Shown piece by piece: positions 1 through 9,474 of a stretch of 64,000 nt of DNA (position 1 is the first letter of the stretch; each line of letters opens with the position of its first letter). The DNA lies in assembly GCA_965213725.1 (NCBI GenBank), contig OZ243924.1, positions 303,544 through 367,543 on the forward strand, written 5' to 3'. The notes under the pieces were generated by a model. That model was given only the letters and a program-made list of their open reading frames with translations. It had not been told where the DNA came from and ran no database searches. The translations under genes were made by a program, and so were the position numbers. This DNA comes from Dehalococcoidia bacterium (GTDB taxonomy: Bacteria > Chloroflexota > Dehalococcoidia > Lucifugimonadales > UBA3495).

Positions 1-716
1 ACCGGGAAGTGGACGTCGTCATCAACTACCTGCCGGTGGGCAGCGAGCAGGCCACCAAGTGGTACGTGGAGCAGATACTCAACGCCCGCTGCGCCATGGT
101 CAACTGCATTCCGGTATTCCTAGCCCGCGAAGAGTACTGGCGCAACCGCTTTGAGGAACGGGGCGTGCCCATCATCGGGGACGACATCAAGTCCCAGTTG
201 GGGGCCACCATCACGCACCGGGTGCTGACGCGCCTTTTTGAAGACCGGGGCGTGAAGCTGGAGAACACCTACCAGTTGAACTTCGGGGGAAACACTGACT
301 TCCTGAATATGCTGGAACGGGAGCGCCTCACCTCCAAAAAGATTTCCAAGACCACTTCCGTCACTTCGCAGTTGGACAACGAAATAGACCCGGACAGTAT
401 CCACGTAGGCCCCAGCGACCACGTGCCGTGGCTGAAGGACCGGAAATGGTGCTACATCCGAATGGAGGGCCAGATATTCGGCGGCGCGCCCATCACCCTG
501 GAAGCCAAGCTGGAAGTGTGGGATAGCCCCAACTCCGCCGGGGTCGTGGTGGACGCCGTCCGCTGCGCCAAGCTGGCCCTGGACCGGGGCATCGCCGGAG
601 CCATTGAAGGCCCCAGCGCCTACTTCATGAAGTCGCCCCCGGTGCAGCACACCGACGACACGGCCAGGGATATGACCGACGCATTCATAGCCGGAGAGGA
701 GGAATTCAACGGCTGA
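1..716 (+). CDS. ino1: myo-inositol-1-phosphate synthase (inositol-3-phosphate synthase), C-terminal part; 5' end outside window
   Basis: Frame 3 is open from the window edge to the stop at 714-716 (ORF track 9..716). The translation [19 protein letters not shown]...[17 protein letters not shown]...[10 protein letters not shown]...SKKISKT matches the conserved core and C-terminal half of bacterial/archaeal MIPS as I remember it. Confidence 0.85.
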   Translation, partial: REVDVVINYLPVGSEQATKWYVEQILNARCAMVNCIPVFLAREEYWRNRFEERGVPIIGDDIKSQLGATITHRVLTRLFEDRGVKLENTYQLNFGGNTDFLNMLERERLTSKKISKTTSVTSQLDNEIDPDSIHVGPSDHVPWLKDRKWCYIRMEGQIFGGAPITLEAKLEVWDSPNSAGVVVDAVRCAKLALDRGIAGAIEGPSAYFMKSPPVQHTDDTARDMTDAFIAGEEEFNG

Positions 717-737
717 AAAACGGCGTTTGCAGGAGGG

Positions 738-1886
738 ATGCCGTTGAAGATTGCGATGGTGTCGCCCTACGACTTCACTTGGCCTGGCGGCGTAACTATC
801 CATGTGTCGCAGTTGGCCCGCGAGTTGGGGCGGTCAGGCCACGAAGTGCAGGTGCTTGCCCCCCATTCGCCCTCGCGCGAGTGCCAGGATCGGGACTTGC
901 TGGTGCCTTTGGGCCGCTCCGTTCCTCTGCCCAGCGGCGGATCCATTGCCCGCGTCTCACTGTCGTGGTGGCTGGCCCGCAGAATCCGGGCGTTGCTGGT
1001 GCGCGAGCAGTATGACGTAATTCACCTGCACGAGCCTATGGCCCCCATCTTGCCTCTTACGGTGCTGGAATACTCCAACACGGTCAACGTGGGCACTTTT
1101 CACGCCTGCCACAACCGCCAGCACCTCTACAAGATGAGCCGCCCGGTCATCAAGCGCTGGCGCAGCCGGCTCCACGGGAGCATCGCAGTCTCCCCGGCGG
1201 CGATGCGTTACGTTAGCCGCACCTTCCCCGGCAACTACGAAATCATTCCCAACGGCATAGACGTTGACCACTTTTCCCGGCAGGCCGCGCCTTGGCCGCA
1301 GTACCAAGACGGCAAGATAAACCTCATCTTCGTGGGGAGGCTGGAAAAGCGGAAGGGGCTGCGTTACTTGCTGGAAGCCTATGGCCGCCTCAAATGGGAT
1401 ATGCCCGGCCTGCGGCTGCTGGTGGTGGGGCCGGGCAACCCCGACAAAGACTCCTACCATGTCCTTAGCTCTCAGAATTTGCAGGATGTGGAGTTCGTGG
1501 GCCGGGTGTCTTACGAAGACCTGCCCCGCTATTACGCCTCGGCCGACATATTCTGTTCACCGGCAACCGGGGCGGAGAGCTTCGGCATCGTCCTGCTGGA
1601 GGCAATGGCCGCAGGCAAACCGGTAGTGGCCTCCGATATCGAGGGCTACCGCGGGGTGATGCAGCACGGCCGCCAAGGGCTGCTTTTCCAGAACAAGGAT
1701 GTCGCATCGCTGTCCGCCCAACTGGAAACGCTGATCCGAGACCCGGAGCGGCGGCGCGCCATGGGCGAGGAAGGCCGGGCAATCGCGCAGCGATACCGCT
1801 GGCAGGTGGTGGCCCGCCAAGTCGAGCAATACTACGAATCCTGCATACAGGTGGCCCATGGTCTTGCCAGGCAGAGAACAGCTTAG
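738..1886 (+). CDS. GT4-family (GT-B) glycosyltransferase, PimA-like mannosyltransferase candidate
   Basis: 382-aa ORF. The N-terminus KIAMVSPYDF..GGV..HV..LARELGRSGHEV and the C-terminal FGIVLLEAMAAGKPVVASD (E-x7-E region) are GT4 hallmarks. SD AGGAGG at 731-736 is only 1 nt from ATG 738. In-frame TTG 744 (giving MKIAMV...) has better spacing and may be the real start. Confidence 0.8.
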   Translation: MPLKIAMVSPYDFTWPGGVTIHVSQLARELGRSGHEVQVLAPHSPSRECQDRDLLVPLGRSVPLPSGGSIARVSLSWWLARRIRALLVREQYDVIHLHEPMAPILPLTVLEYSNTVNVGTFHACHNRQHLYKMSRPVIKRWRSRLHGSIAVSPAAMRYVSRTFPGNYEIIPNGIDVDHFSRQAAPWPQYQDGKINLIFVGRLEKRKGLRYLLEAYGRLKWDMPGLRLLVVGPGNPDKDSYHVLSSQNLQDVEFVGRVSYEDLPRYYASADIFCSPATGAESFGIVLLEAMAAGKPVVASDIEGYRGVMQHGRQGLLFQNKDVASLSAQLETLIRDPERRRAMGEEGRAIAQRYRWQVVARQVEQYYESCIQVAHGLARQRTA

Positions 1887-2481
1887 GGGCGCCGTCCGCA
1901 GCTATTTCGAGGAGCCGGGGGCGCGGTTGTTCCACGCTTTGGGGCTGAACCCCAACGCCATTACCCTGCTGGGCTTCGCGGTATGCGTTGTTTCAGCCTA
2001 CCTCGTGGCTTCGGGGTGGTTGATATGGGGCGGCGCCGTTTTCCTAGCCGGGAGCCTTCTCGACCTGATGGACGGGGCGCTGGCCCGGCTCACCGGGCAG
2101 GGGACTCCTTTCGGCGCGCTGCTGGACTCGGTGTTCGACCGGCTGGGCGAAGCCGCGCTGTTCGTTGGCCTAGGAGTGTACGCCCTGCGCGGAGACCACA
2201 GCGACGATTACCAAGCCCTTTTCATCACGGCCCTGCTGTTGGCCCTCATCTTCTCCCAAGGCGTCAGCTACCTCCGGGCGCGGGGCGAGGGTCTGGGGGT
2301 GTTCACCCGCGCCGGCCTAATGACCCGAACGGAGCGGGTGGCCCTGCTGGGCGTTGGCCTGCTGCTGGGCTGGGTTCCCTGGCTGCTTCCGGGCGTTCTG
2401 GCGCTGATCGCCGCCGTGTCCTGCTTCACCCTCTTCCAACGAATGTTCACCATCCGCAGTATGCTGGACAAAGGCGGCTAG
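1858..2481 (+). CDS. CDP-alcohol phosphatidyltransferase (phosphatidylinositol-phosphate synthase-like)
   Basis: 207-aa polytopic membrane protein. It has the exact family signature D-G-x2-A-R-x8-G-x3-D-x3-D in LDLMDGALARLTGQGTPFGALLDSVFDRL. It overlaps the upstream GT4 gene by 29 nt. Confidence 0.85.
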   Translation: MVLPGREQLRGAVRSYFEEPGARLFHALGLNPNAITLLGFAVCVVSAYLVASGWLIWGGAVFLAGSLLDLMDGALARLTGQGTPFGALLDSVFDRLGEAALFVGLGVYALRGDHSDDYQALFITALLLALIFSQGVSYLRARGEGLGVFTRAGLMTRTERVALLGVGLLLGWVPWLLPGVLALIAAVSCFTLFQRMFTIRSMLDKGG

Positions 2482-2608
2482 GCCGCTCCCTTATCATTCA
2501 CGAAACCGGCGGACGCGAAACCGGCGGGGTTGGCCGTCAGGGTAGCTAAGCGTCGCCCGCGCGTGTAAACTGGCCGTATCATCCCCTCGCCGCCGAGGAG
2601 TTGGCGCC

Positions 2609-3328
2609 ATGACAACTGCCCGTCATTTGCAGCGGGACGGGGAGTCCCTCATACCCGCGCCGGAGAAGGCCCGGCTGAAGCGGGACTTCCGCAAGCACCT
2701 GAAGGGTGATGTCGGCCTGCGTCTCTACACTCAGCGCCCGTCGCCCATCGCCATTCCCGGCCGCGGCTGCCGCTATTGTCCGCAGACTCAACAACTTCTG
2801 GAAGAGTTGTCCGGCCTGTCGCCGAAGCTGAAGCTGGAAACGGTGGACTTTTACGCCGAGCCGGAACGAGCGGAAAAAGAAGGGATCTCCCGGATTCCCG
2901 CCATAGTGCTGGGGCCGGAATCCGGCGGGCGGGCGCGGTTCTACGGCCTGCCGCTGGGTTACGAGTTGCCGGTGTTCATTGACAGCCTCAAGGCGGTGTC
3001 GCGGGGCGCCACCCGGCTGCCGGTGAACGCCCGCAAGCAGTTGCGCCGCGTCAACCGGCCGGTTCACTTGCAGGTCTTCGTAACCCCAGGGAGCGAGGTA
3101 TCAGCCGGGATGGCCCTTTTGGCCCACGCCATGGCGGTGGAGAGCAGGCAAATCATCGCCGACGTTATCGAGGCGGAGGAGTTCCCGGAACTGGCCCGCC
3201 GCTACGGTGTCCGGCAAGTCCCCCTGACCATCATCAACGAGTTCGCCACGGTGGCCGGCATGGTGAGTCAGGAGGAGTTGCTGGAAAGGGTCTTGCAGGC
3301 TGGCGTTCAGCAGTTGCAGGAATCCTGA
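2609..3328 (+). CDS. two-domain thioredoxin-fold protein (glutaredoxin-like / protein-disulfide-oxidoreductase-like)
   Basis: 239 aa. The first half carries CRYC (CxxC) followed by ...QQLLEEL. The second half resembles a thioredoxin fold (VFVTPG..., [20 protein letters not shown]) but has SEVS where a CxxC would be expected. SD GAGGAG lies 8 nt upstream of ATG 2609. Confidence 0.65.
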   Translation: MTTARHLQRDGESLIPAPEKARLKRDFRKHLKGDVGLRLYTQRPSPIAIPGRGCRYCPQTQQLLEELSGLSPKLKLETVDFYAEPERAEKEGISRIPAIVLGPESGGRARFYGLPLGYELPVFIDSLKAVSRGATRLPVNARKQLRRVNRPVHLQVFVTPGSEVSAGMALLAHAMAVESRQIIADVIEAEEFPELARRYGVRQVPLTIINEFATVAGMVSQEELLERVLQAGVQQLQES

Positions 3329-3387
3329 ACCGGACAGCATTCTCTGCCGCGCCGCCAGCTATCCAAACCATAACAGGAGTTCTGATT

Positions 3388-3861
3388 GTGCCCAATGAGA
3401 TTAGGGGCGACATGAACGGGCATGGCCTCAGAGTCGGTATCGCTGTCGCCAAATTCAACGAAATTATCACCAAGCAGCTATTGGAAGGCGCGCTGGAGAC
3501 CCTGAGCCGTTGCGGGGTGCGCGACTCCGATATCACCGTGGCCTGGGTTCCCGGTTCCTTCGAGCTGCCCGTGGTGGCGCGCGCCTTCGCCAAAAGCGGG
3601 AGGTGCGACGCCGTTATCTGCTTGGGCGCAGTCATACGCGGGGAAACCACGCACTACGATATGGTAGCCGGGCAGGCGCAGGGAGGCACGGGTTCCGTTG
3701 GCGTGGAGACCGGCGTGCCCACCATCTTCGGAGTGCTCACCACCGAAAACATGGAGCAGGCCCTGAACCGCGCCGGCGGCAAGTCTGGAAATATGGGAGC
3801 CAACGCCGCCCTCGCCGCCGTGGAAACGGCGGCGGTGATTGCGGCGGTGAACACGGCTTAA
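3388..3861 (+). CDS. ribH: 6,7-dimethyl-8-ribityllumazine synthase
   Basis: 157 aa. [27 protein letters not shown]...[16 protein letters not shown]...[16 protein letters not shown] is the classic RibH sequence. The start is GTG, with AGGAG at 3375-3379. Confidence 0.92.
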   Translation: MPNEIRGDMNGHGLRVGIAVAKFNEIITKQLLEGALETLSRCGVRDSDITVAWVPGSFELPVVARAFAKSGRCDAVICLGAVIRGETTHYDMVAGQAQGGTGSVGVETGVPTIFGVLTTENMEQALNRAGGKSGNMGANAALAAVETAAVIAAVNTA

Positions 3862-3867
3862 ACACTT

Positions 3868-3888
3868 CCCTTTTCCTATGGGAAAGGG
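3868..3888 (+). terminator. possible stem-loop after ribH (no U-tract)
   Basis: cccttttcc-tat-gggaaaggg forms a 9-bp stem (one G-U pair) with a 3-nt loop. It starts 7 nt after the ribH stop. No T-run follows, and the LLM gene starts 19 nt later, so it may be only a weak or partial terminator. Confidence 0.25.
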
Positions 3889-3906
3889 CCGTAATGAGGG
3901 CAACAT

Positions 3907-4812
3907 ATGACGCAAATCGGCGTTACCATTCCCAACAACTGGGGCGTGGCCGACCCGCAGCAGGTCCTGGCATTGGGGCCGGAGGCGGAGCGGATGGGCT
4001 ACGACTCCATCTGGGTGATGGACCACCTGTTCAACACCGGCTACATCCGCGAGCGGCTGGAAGACCGCCCCTACTATCACCCCATGGCGATGCTTTCCTA
4101 TATGTCGGCCACCACCAGCCGGGTGACGCTGGCGACATCGGTGCTGGTGCTTCCTTATCACAACCCGGTGGAACTGGCGAAATATGCCGCCACGCTGGAC
4201 CAGATGTCCGGTGGGCGGGTGACGCTGGGCGTGGGCGTGGGCGCGATGACCGAGGAGTTCGAGGCTCTGGGCATCCCCATGGAGCGGCGCGGTTCGCTGA
4301 CCAACGAGTGCATCAACCTGATGCGGGAGCTTTGGGCCAATGCCAAGCCGGAATTCCACAGCCGCAACTGGAGTTTTTCGGATCTGTACTTCTCGCCCAA
4401 GCCGCTGCAACCCAGCATTCCCCTATGGGTCGGAGGCTCATCGCCCGGAGCGTTGCGGCGGACGGCCCGCTTGGGCGACGGCTGGCATCCGACGGGACTT
4501 TCGCCCGAAGACTTCGCCATAGGACACGCCGAAATATCCGCGCTGGCCGAGGCGGCCGGGCGCGACCCGGCGGACATTGCTATGTCGGCTCGCATCGAGG
4601 TGGAGGTGGGCGGCGGCCCGTCCAGCCAGCGCGCCGCCAGCCGCGCCCGGCTTCCCGGCGACGATATGGGCGCCCTTCGCGCGGGTATGGAGGCTTACGG
4701 CGAAGCCGGCGTGGAGCATTTTGTTCTGGCCCTCAACTCTGGCGACATCACCGCCCTCCGCCGCCTGATGGCTGAGATTGCCGAACAGGTGATACCCGAT
4801 TTTCGTCCATAA
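3907..4812 (+). CDS. LLM-class (luciferase-like) F420/flavin-dependent oxidoreductase
   Basis: 301 aa. The N-terminus IGVTIPNNWGVADPQQVLALGPEAERMGYDSIWVMDHL and the later LGVGVGAMTEEFEALGIP are typical of the luciferase-like monooxygenase/F420-dependent family. Confidence 0.8.
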   Translation: MTQIGVTIPNNWGVADPQQVLALGPEAERMGYDSIWVMDHLFNTGYIRERLEDRPYYHPMAMLSYMSATTSRVTLATSVLVLPYHNPVELAKYAATLDQMSGGRVTLGVGVGAMTEEFEALGIPMERRGSLTNECINLMRELWANAKPEFHSRNWSFSDLYFSPKPLQPSIPLWVGGSSPGALRRTARLGDGWHPTGLSPEDFAIGHAEISALAEAAGRDPADIAMSARIEVEVGGGPSSQRAASRARLPGDDMGALRAGMEAYGEAGVEHFVLALNSGDITALRRLMAEIAEQVIPDFRP

Positions 4813-4855
4813 TTCCCTCCGCCGCAGGGTCAGGGCGCGAGGGCGTTGTTATGCG

Positions 4856-6256
4856 TCACTTCTCCGGCGGGTTCTCCCGCAGAAACTCTTCCAGTTCCCG
4901 GTGGCCGGATTCCAGCCGCTCCTGCCGCGCCGGATCTTGCGCGGCAGCGCCATAGTGAGCGTCCTGAAACTCGTCCACTATGCGAGCCACCGGGGCGGCC
5001 GGCAAAACGCCGGAAAGCCCCCGCTGATGCTCTCGGGGCGTTTCCCACGCCTCCTTCGGGCGTCCGGCGCGAGCGGCGAAATCCAGCAGGGCGTGGTAAT
5101 AGTCCCGGGGCGAGCGGGGGCGGCGGGCGGAACGGCTCCGGCCCGGCCTTCCCGGTAACAGGCCGCTTAACGCCTCCCCCAGATCTTCGCCCATTCGCGC
5201 CAGACTGAACAGAGACTCGCGGGTTTCGATGACCTCGCTGTTGCGTCCCTGCCGTCGGCGGGCGCGGAATAGAGCGAAGACGATCCAGGAAAGGGCGGCG
5301 CCTCCCAACGCGGCGGCCGACCACTTCATCACCGTGAACAGGGCGCTGCCCCCAGGCTCCCTTTCCGTTTCCCGCAGGCTCTCGTGGAATTCGTCAAGGC
5401 GGCGCTGAGCCTCGATAAGCCCATCCAAGTTCCCGCCGCCCATGAGGCCGGAAAACCAGTTGCCCAGGCTGACCAAAGCTCCGGCCAGCAGTCCCACGAG
5501 CATCAGCGCCGGCTCCAGCATCCAGTAGCCCGCGGCGCCAATCCCGTTGGCAACCGCGCGGGTTACGTCGTCCAGCCCGCCCAAGCCGAGGCCGCTGATC
5601 AGCAGGCCGAGGAGCAGCACAACGCCAACGCTGGCGGCTATGGGCCACAGCCATTGCGTCGGCATCTCCCGTTCCTCTCCGCTTTCCGACGAGAACCTAG
5701 CCAGCGCCATGCCCGCAAGCCCGACGGCGAAGAAGCCGACCACCAGAAAGCCGTTGACGATGCCTCCGGGAGTGACCGCGTCAATCACCGACGCCGCCAG
5801 CATCACCACCAGCCCAAGCTGAAAGGAAGAGCGCACGACGTCCAGAGTTACTTCCTCCCGGGACATTGAAATCCCGCGCCACCAGATCACCAGCAGGAAT
5901 AGCATTGAGCCGACGAAAAGCCCCACACCGCTCATCCCCTCCGAGACCAGAAGGGAGAAGGGCAGAAGCGCCTTTCCGCCGTTCCAGGCTGTGAGCAGCA
6001 GCAGCGAAGGCGCGCCCAGCGCCAGCCCGGCCAGCCCGCGCAACAGGGGCGTTATCCGCCAGCTCAGTATCCAGGACGAGAGGGCATAACCCCAGACCAG
6101 CGCGGCCAGCGTCAGCCAGAAGGGCATCTGCAACTGCTCGAACTTCGCCAAGTTAGCAAAGACCGCCATGACCAGATAGAGGGCGCAGCCCTCAAGGAAG
6201 AGGGCCACCGCCGTAATCGCCCTATTTCTCCAGGAGAGCGCCATCCAGAGCCTCAC
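4856..6256 (-). CDS. polytopic membrane protein with C-terminal DUF4129-like domain
   Basis: 466 aa. There are many hydrophobic helices in the first ~330 aa, then a soluble tail with ...SPRDYYHALLDFAARAGRPKEAWETPREH..., typical of DUF4129. It overlaps the DUF58 gene by 35 nt and is the third gene of the MoxR operon. Confidence 0.6.
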   Translation of the reverse strand: MRLWMALSWRNRAITAVALFLEGCALYLVMAVFANLAKFEQLQMPFWLTLAALVWGYALSSWILSWRITPLLRGLAGLALGAPSLLLLTAWNGGKALLPFSLLVSEGMSGVGLFVGSMLFLLVIWWRGISMSREEVTLDVVRSSFQLGLVVMLAASVIDAVTPGGIVNGFLVVGFFAVGLAGMALARFSSESGEEREMPTQWLWPIAASVGVVLLLGLLISGLGLGGLDDVTRAVANGIGAAGYWMLEPALMLVGLLAGALVSLGNWFSGLMGGGNLDGLIEAQRRLDEFHESLRETEREPGGSALFTVMKWSAAALGGAALSWIVFALFRARRRQGRNSEVIETRESLFSLARMGEDLGEALSGLLPGRPGRSRSARRPRSPRDYYHALLDFAARAGRPKEAWETPREHQRGLSGVLPAAPVARIVDEFQDAHYGAAAQDPARQERLESGHRELEEFLRENPPEK

Positions 6257-7496
6257 TGATGCCGAATTCCAGGTCGTCGCTGTAGTCCAGGTCCGATTCC
6301 GGGAGGGAGTCCAGCAGGCGGCTCATGCTCGTCACCGGAACCTCGCCAATGCGTTCCGGCGAGTCGCCGTCGCCCGCATACAGCACCAGCACCCGAAAGC
6401 CGTTTGCTTCGATGGCGGCCAATTGGCCCGGCAGCGAGGGGGTGATTGCCCCGGTTACCAACAGCACGGTCGCCCCTTGCGGCAACCGGCTGCGCTCGGC
6501 CCGGAAGACGTCGGGCAACATCGAAACCACGTATGGAGCAGCCATGGCCAAGGCTTCCAGCGTCAGGGCAAGCTGGGCGGCGGACGCGCCGGGCGGTACG
6601 CTCAGCCATTTGCCGGAATACGATGCCACTGCGTTGGAAATCAGGCCGTAGCTATAGCCGAGCCGGTCGGCCAATGAGGCGGCGGAGGCGGCCGCGGTTA
6701 CCGCCCGCTCGAACAGCCGCCGGTTGGTGCCTTGCCAGACGAAATCGCTGGTGGAACCGTTGAGCGCCACCATAATATCCAGCGAGACCGACGGCTCGAA
6801 CACCCGGGTCTGCAACCGTCCCGCCCGTGCCGTAGCCTTCCAGTCTATGTACTTCAGCGGGTCATCGGAGCGGTAGTCCCGCTGTCCCTTCACCCGGGTG
6901 GTGTCGTGATACAACGGCATCCGGCCCCGAATCAGGCCCAGAGGGGCCTGCGGCGGGGTGAACAATTCCTCTATGTCTACGACACGCGGATAGACCAGTA
7001 TATTGTCCACGCTGGTATGCCGTGATTCGGTAGAGGTGAAGCCGAATATGTCTCCGCTGCGCATTCGCACCGGGCCGATGCGATGATAGCCGCGCCGGGT
7101 GCAGCGCATGGAGAATTTCCAGGTTGCCCGCTGGTATGGCATCAGCGAGGTGGTTATGCTGTGGTGGCGGTTGGTTTCCAGGGTCGCGCCGCGCACCACC
7201 GCTCCGGCCAGCTCCAGCCCTTCGGGAAAGGGATCTTGGGACTCAACCCAGATGAGGGGCAGGAGTTTGTCGTTGTTCAGCGCCACGGTGTAGTCAATGG
7301 TGTCGCCGATGAAAGCGCGGCGCCGGCTTAGCTCCCGGCCATAGCTAACCTTGCGGAAGCCGTATCGCTCCCAAATCCGGGCCGCCAGCCAGACCAGCGC
7401 GACCAGCGAGCCGACGACCAGCAGCAGGCCGCTGCTGACCAGCAGTCCAACGAGTACCAGAAGACCGCTGACCAGCGGCCACAGTTCATGGCGCAT
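6222..7496 (-). CDS. DUF58 domain protein (vWA-like, MoxR partner)
   Basis: 424 aa. There are two N-terminal TM helices, and the DUF58 signature block DYRSDDPLKYIDWKATARAGRLQTRVFE is present. It lies 29 nt downstream of the MoxR gene. Confidence 0.85.
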   Translation of the reverse strand: MRHELWPLVSGLLVLVGLLVSSGLLLVVGSLVALVWLAARIWERYGFRKVSYGRELSRRRAFIGDTIDYTVALNNDKLLPLIWVESQDPFPEGLELAGAVVRGATLETNRHHSITTSLMPYQRATWKFSMRCTRRGYHRIGPVRMRSGDIFGFTSTESRHTSVDNILVYPRVVDIEELFTPPQAPLGLIRGRMPLYHDTTRVKGQRDYRSDDPLKYIDWKATARAGRLQTRVFEPSVSLDIMVALNGSTSDFVWQGTNRRLFERAVTAAASAASLADRLGYSYGLISNAVASYSGKWLSVPPGASAAQLALTLEALAMAAPYVVSMLPDVFRAERSRLPQGATVLLVTGAITPSLPGQLAAIEANGFRVLVLYAGDGDSPERIGEVPVTSMSRLLDSLPESDLDYSDDLEFGISEALDGALLEK

Positions 7497-7525
7497 AACC
7501 CATACGAAATCAGGGCGCCCGCCTG

Positions 7526-8518
7526 CTAGACCGGGACTTCCACTTGGGACAGCAGTTCCAGCACCACGTCTCCCGCCGTGCGGCCCCGCAGACGCGCCTG
7601 CGAAGTGAGGATAGTGCGATGGGAAAGGGCGTAGGGAGCAATGACCTTTACGTCGTCGGGCGTTACGTAGCTGCGGCCCCGGATGGCCGCGAAGGCTTGC
7701 GAACAGCGGTACAGCCCGAGAGTGGCCCGCGGGCTGGCCCCCAACTCTACGTCTTCGTGGCGCCGGGTGGCCTGAACCAGCCGGACAACGTAGTTGCTCA
7801 ACACCGGGTCAACATATACGTCCTTGACCCGTTGCTGGCTTTCTACAATGTCATTGCCCCCGGCCACGGGCTGCATGGCGTCTATGGGGTTGGCGGAGTT
7901 GAAGCGGGCCAGCATCTGCTCCTCATCATGCTCATCCGGGTAGCCCAGCCGCAGACGCAGCATGAAACGGTCCAATTGCGCCTCGGGCAAAGGGAAGGTT
8001 CCTTCCAGCTCGATGGGATTCTGGGTGGCTACCAGCACGAAGGGGGCAGGCAGCGGCATAGTGCGGTCATCCACCGTCACCTGTCCCTCGGCCATTGCCT
8101 CCAGCAAGGCCGACTGAGTGCGGGGCGTGGCCCGGTTGATTTCGTCGGCCAGCACCACTTGGGCCAGAATGGGGCCGGGCCGGAACTCAAACTCGCCCAG
8201 CTTCTGGTTGTAATAATGGACTCCGGTAATATCCGAAGGCATCAGGTCGGGGGTGCATTGGATGCGCCGGAAGCTGCAACGCAACGACTCGGCCAGACTG
8301 CGGGCCAGGGTGGTCTTGCCAATGCCAGGCACGTCTTCAATGAGGATATGCCCCCCGCTCAGCAGGGCGGTCAGGACAAGCTCGATGACCGGCTCCTTCC
8401 CGACCAGCACTTGCCCAATGTTGGACTTGACCGCGGCGGCCATCGCCGCCACGCCGGAAGCGCTCTCTTTGGAAGCAACGGATGGGGCAGCAGTTTTACT
8501 CTGGGTCATCAGCACCAC
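7526..8518 (-). CDS. MoxR-family AAA+ ATPase
   Basis: Walker A is DVPGIGKTT and Walker B is VVLADEINRA, with an AAA_3/MoxR-type layout. GTG 8518 comes from the ORF track. ATG 8509 (MTQSK...) is an alternative start. Confidence 0.9.
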   Translation of the reverse strand: MVLMTQSKTAAPSVASKESASGVAAMAAAVKSNIGQVLVGKEPVIELVLTALLSGGHILIEDVPGIGKTTLARSLAESLRCSFRRIQCTPDLMPSDITGVHYYNQKLGEFEFRPGPILAQVVLADEINRATPRTQSALLEAMAEGQVTVDDRTMPLPAPFVLVATQNPIELEGTFPLPEAQLDRFMLRLRLGYPDEHDEEQMLARFNSANPIDAMQPVAGGNDIVESQQRVKDVYVDPVLSNYVVRLVQATRRHEDVELGASPRATLGLYRCSQAFAAIRGRSYVTPDDVKVIAPYALSHRTILTSQARLRGRTAGDVVLELLSQVEVPV

Positions 8519-8531
8519 GTCCCGGCGGCAA

Positions 8532-9245
8532 CTAGGACGCCGCGCCTTCCCCGGCGATAAACTCCTCCGCTCCCCGGAGATCCTTGAAGGAGTCTATGCT
8601 GGTCCAGAATGAGCGGGTCCGGAAAGCGGCGATACGCCCGGCCTGCGCCAGACGCGGGAAGGTCTCCACCTCATGGTCGCCCAGGTCGGGAAACTCAGGA
8701 AATACCTCGCGGTCAAAGACATACACGCCGCCGTTAATCCAGTGGGGCAGCTCGACTTTCTCCCGGAACCCCACCACGCCGCCTGCATCATCCATATCCA
8801 CCAGACCGTAGGGACTGACCATCGGAACGGCCAGCAGGGTCGCCGCCGGCCCGTTGCGCCGGGCCGGGCTTTCCCGGTGGAACTCGATGATTTCCGAAAG
8901 CGGCTGCCGGGTTATGATGTCGCCGTTGGCGACCACCAGCGGGCCATCGCCTGCCGGGGCCAGAGGATAGCCCTGCTTGATGGCTCCGCCTCGACCCAAG
9001 GGCGAATCCTCAACGCTGTATTCGACGCTGACGCCAAAGCCGGAACCGTCGCCGAAGTGGTCGCGGATGGCCTCCCAGCGGTAGCCGGCCAAGAAGACCA
9101 CGCCCTCCACGCCGCCCTCTTTCAGCCACTCGACTTGACGTTCCAGTATGGGCTTGCCGCAAACGGGGGCCATCGGCTTGGGCAGCGTGTCAGTCAAAGG
9201 CCGCAGCCGCTCTCCCTTCCCGCCGGCCAGAATCAACGCATACAT
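8532..9245 (-). CDS. sugar-phosphate nucleotidyltransferase (mannose-1-phosphate guanylyltransferase-like)
   Basis: The track ORF is 8532..9332. The conserved N-terminus MYALILAGGKGERLRPLTDTLPKPM starts at the internal ATG 9245, which gives 237 aa. The GGxGxRL motif and the left-handed nucleotidyltransferase core are recognisable. Confidence 0.8.
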   Translation of the reverse strand: MYALILAGGKGERLRPLTDTLPKPMAPVCGKPILERQVEWLKEGGVEGVVFLAGYRWEAIRDHFGDGSGFGVSVEYSVEDSPLGRGGAIKQGYPLAPAGDGPLVVANGDIITRQPLSEIIEFHRESPARRNGPAATLLAVPMVSPYGLVDMDDAGGVVGFREKVELPHWINGGVYVFDREVFPEFPDLGDHEVETFPRLAQAGRIAAFRTRSFWTSIDSFKDLRGAEEFIAGEGAAS

Positions 9246-9474
9246 AAACCCCTCCACCAGACCGGAGTGGCGTTGCAATGCCCTAATATACCTGCGGCGC
9301 AATGCGAGGGTCAAACACCCGTCAGCGGCCAAGGTGTATAATTATCCCGCACACCAGCCAATAGAGGAGCGGGCGCTTAGGAAAAGCAGGCAGGAGCTGG
9401 CCGGAGGATGGATGGCATAACCGCAAGCGGTCCGCCAAAGTCCGCTTCACCCACAATACAACAGGAGCGAACCT

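Noticed and set aside
3329-3387. Looked for an FMN riboswitch upstream of ribH.
   Set aside because: The spacer is only 59 nt and lacks the conserved FMN-element stems.
3478-4775. Long ORFs of 310 aa (minus strand) and 421 aa (plus strand, alternate frame) overlapping ribH and the LLM oxidoreductase gene.
   Set aside because: Their translations are Arg/Gly/Pro/Ala-rich low-complexity strings with no motifs, typical of stop-poor alternate frames in high-GC DNA. The ribH and LLM frames carry recognisable conserved sequence and SD sites.
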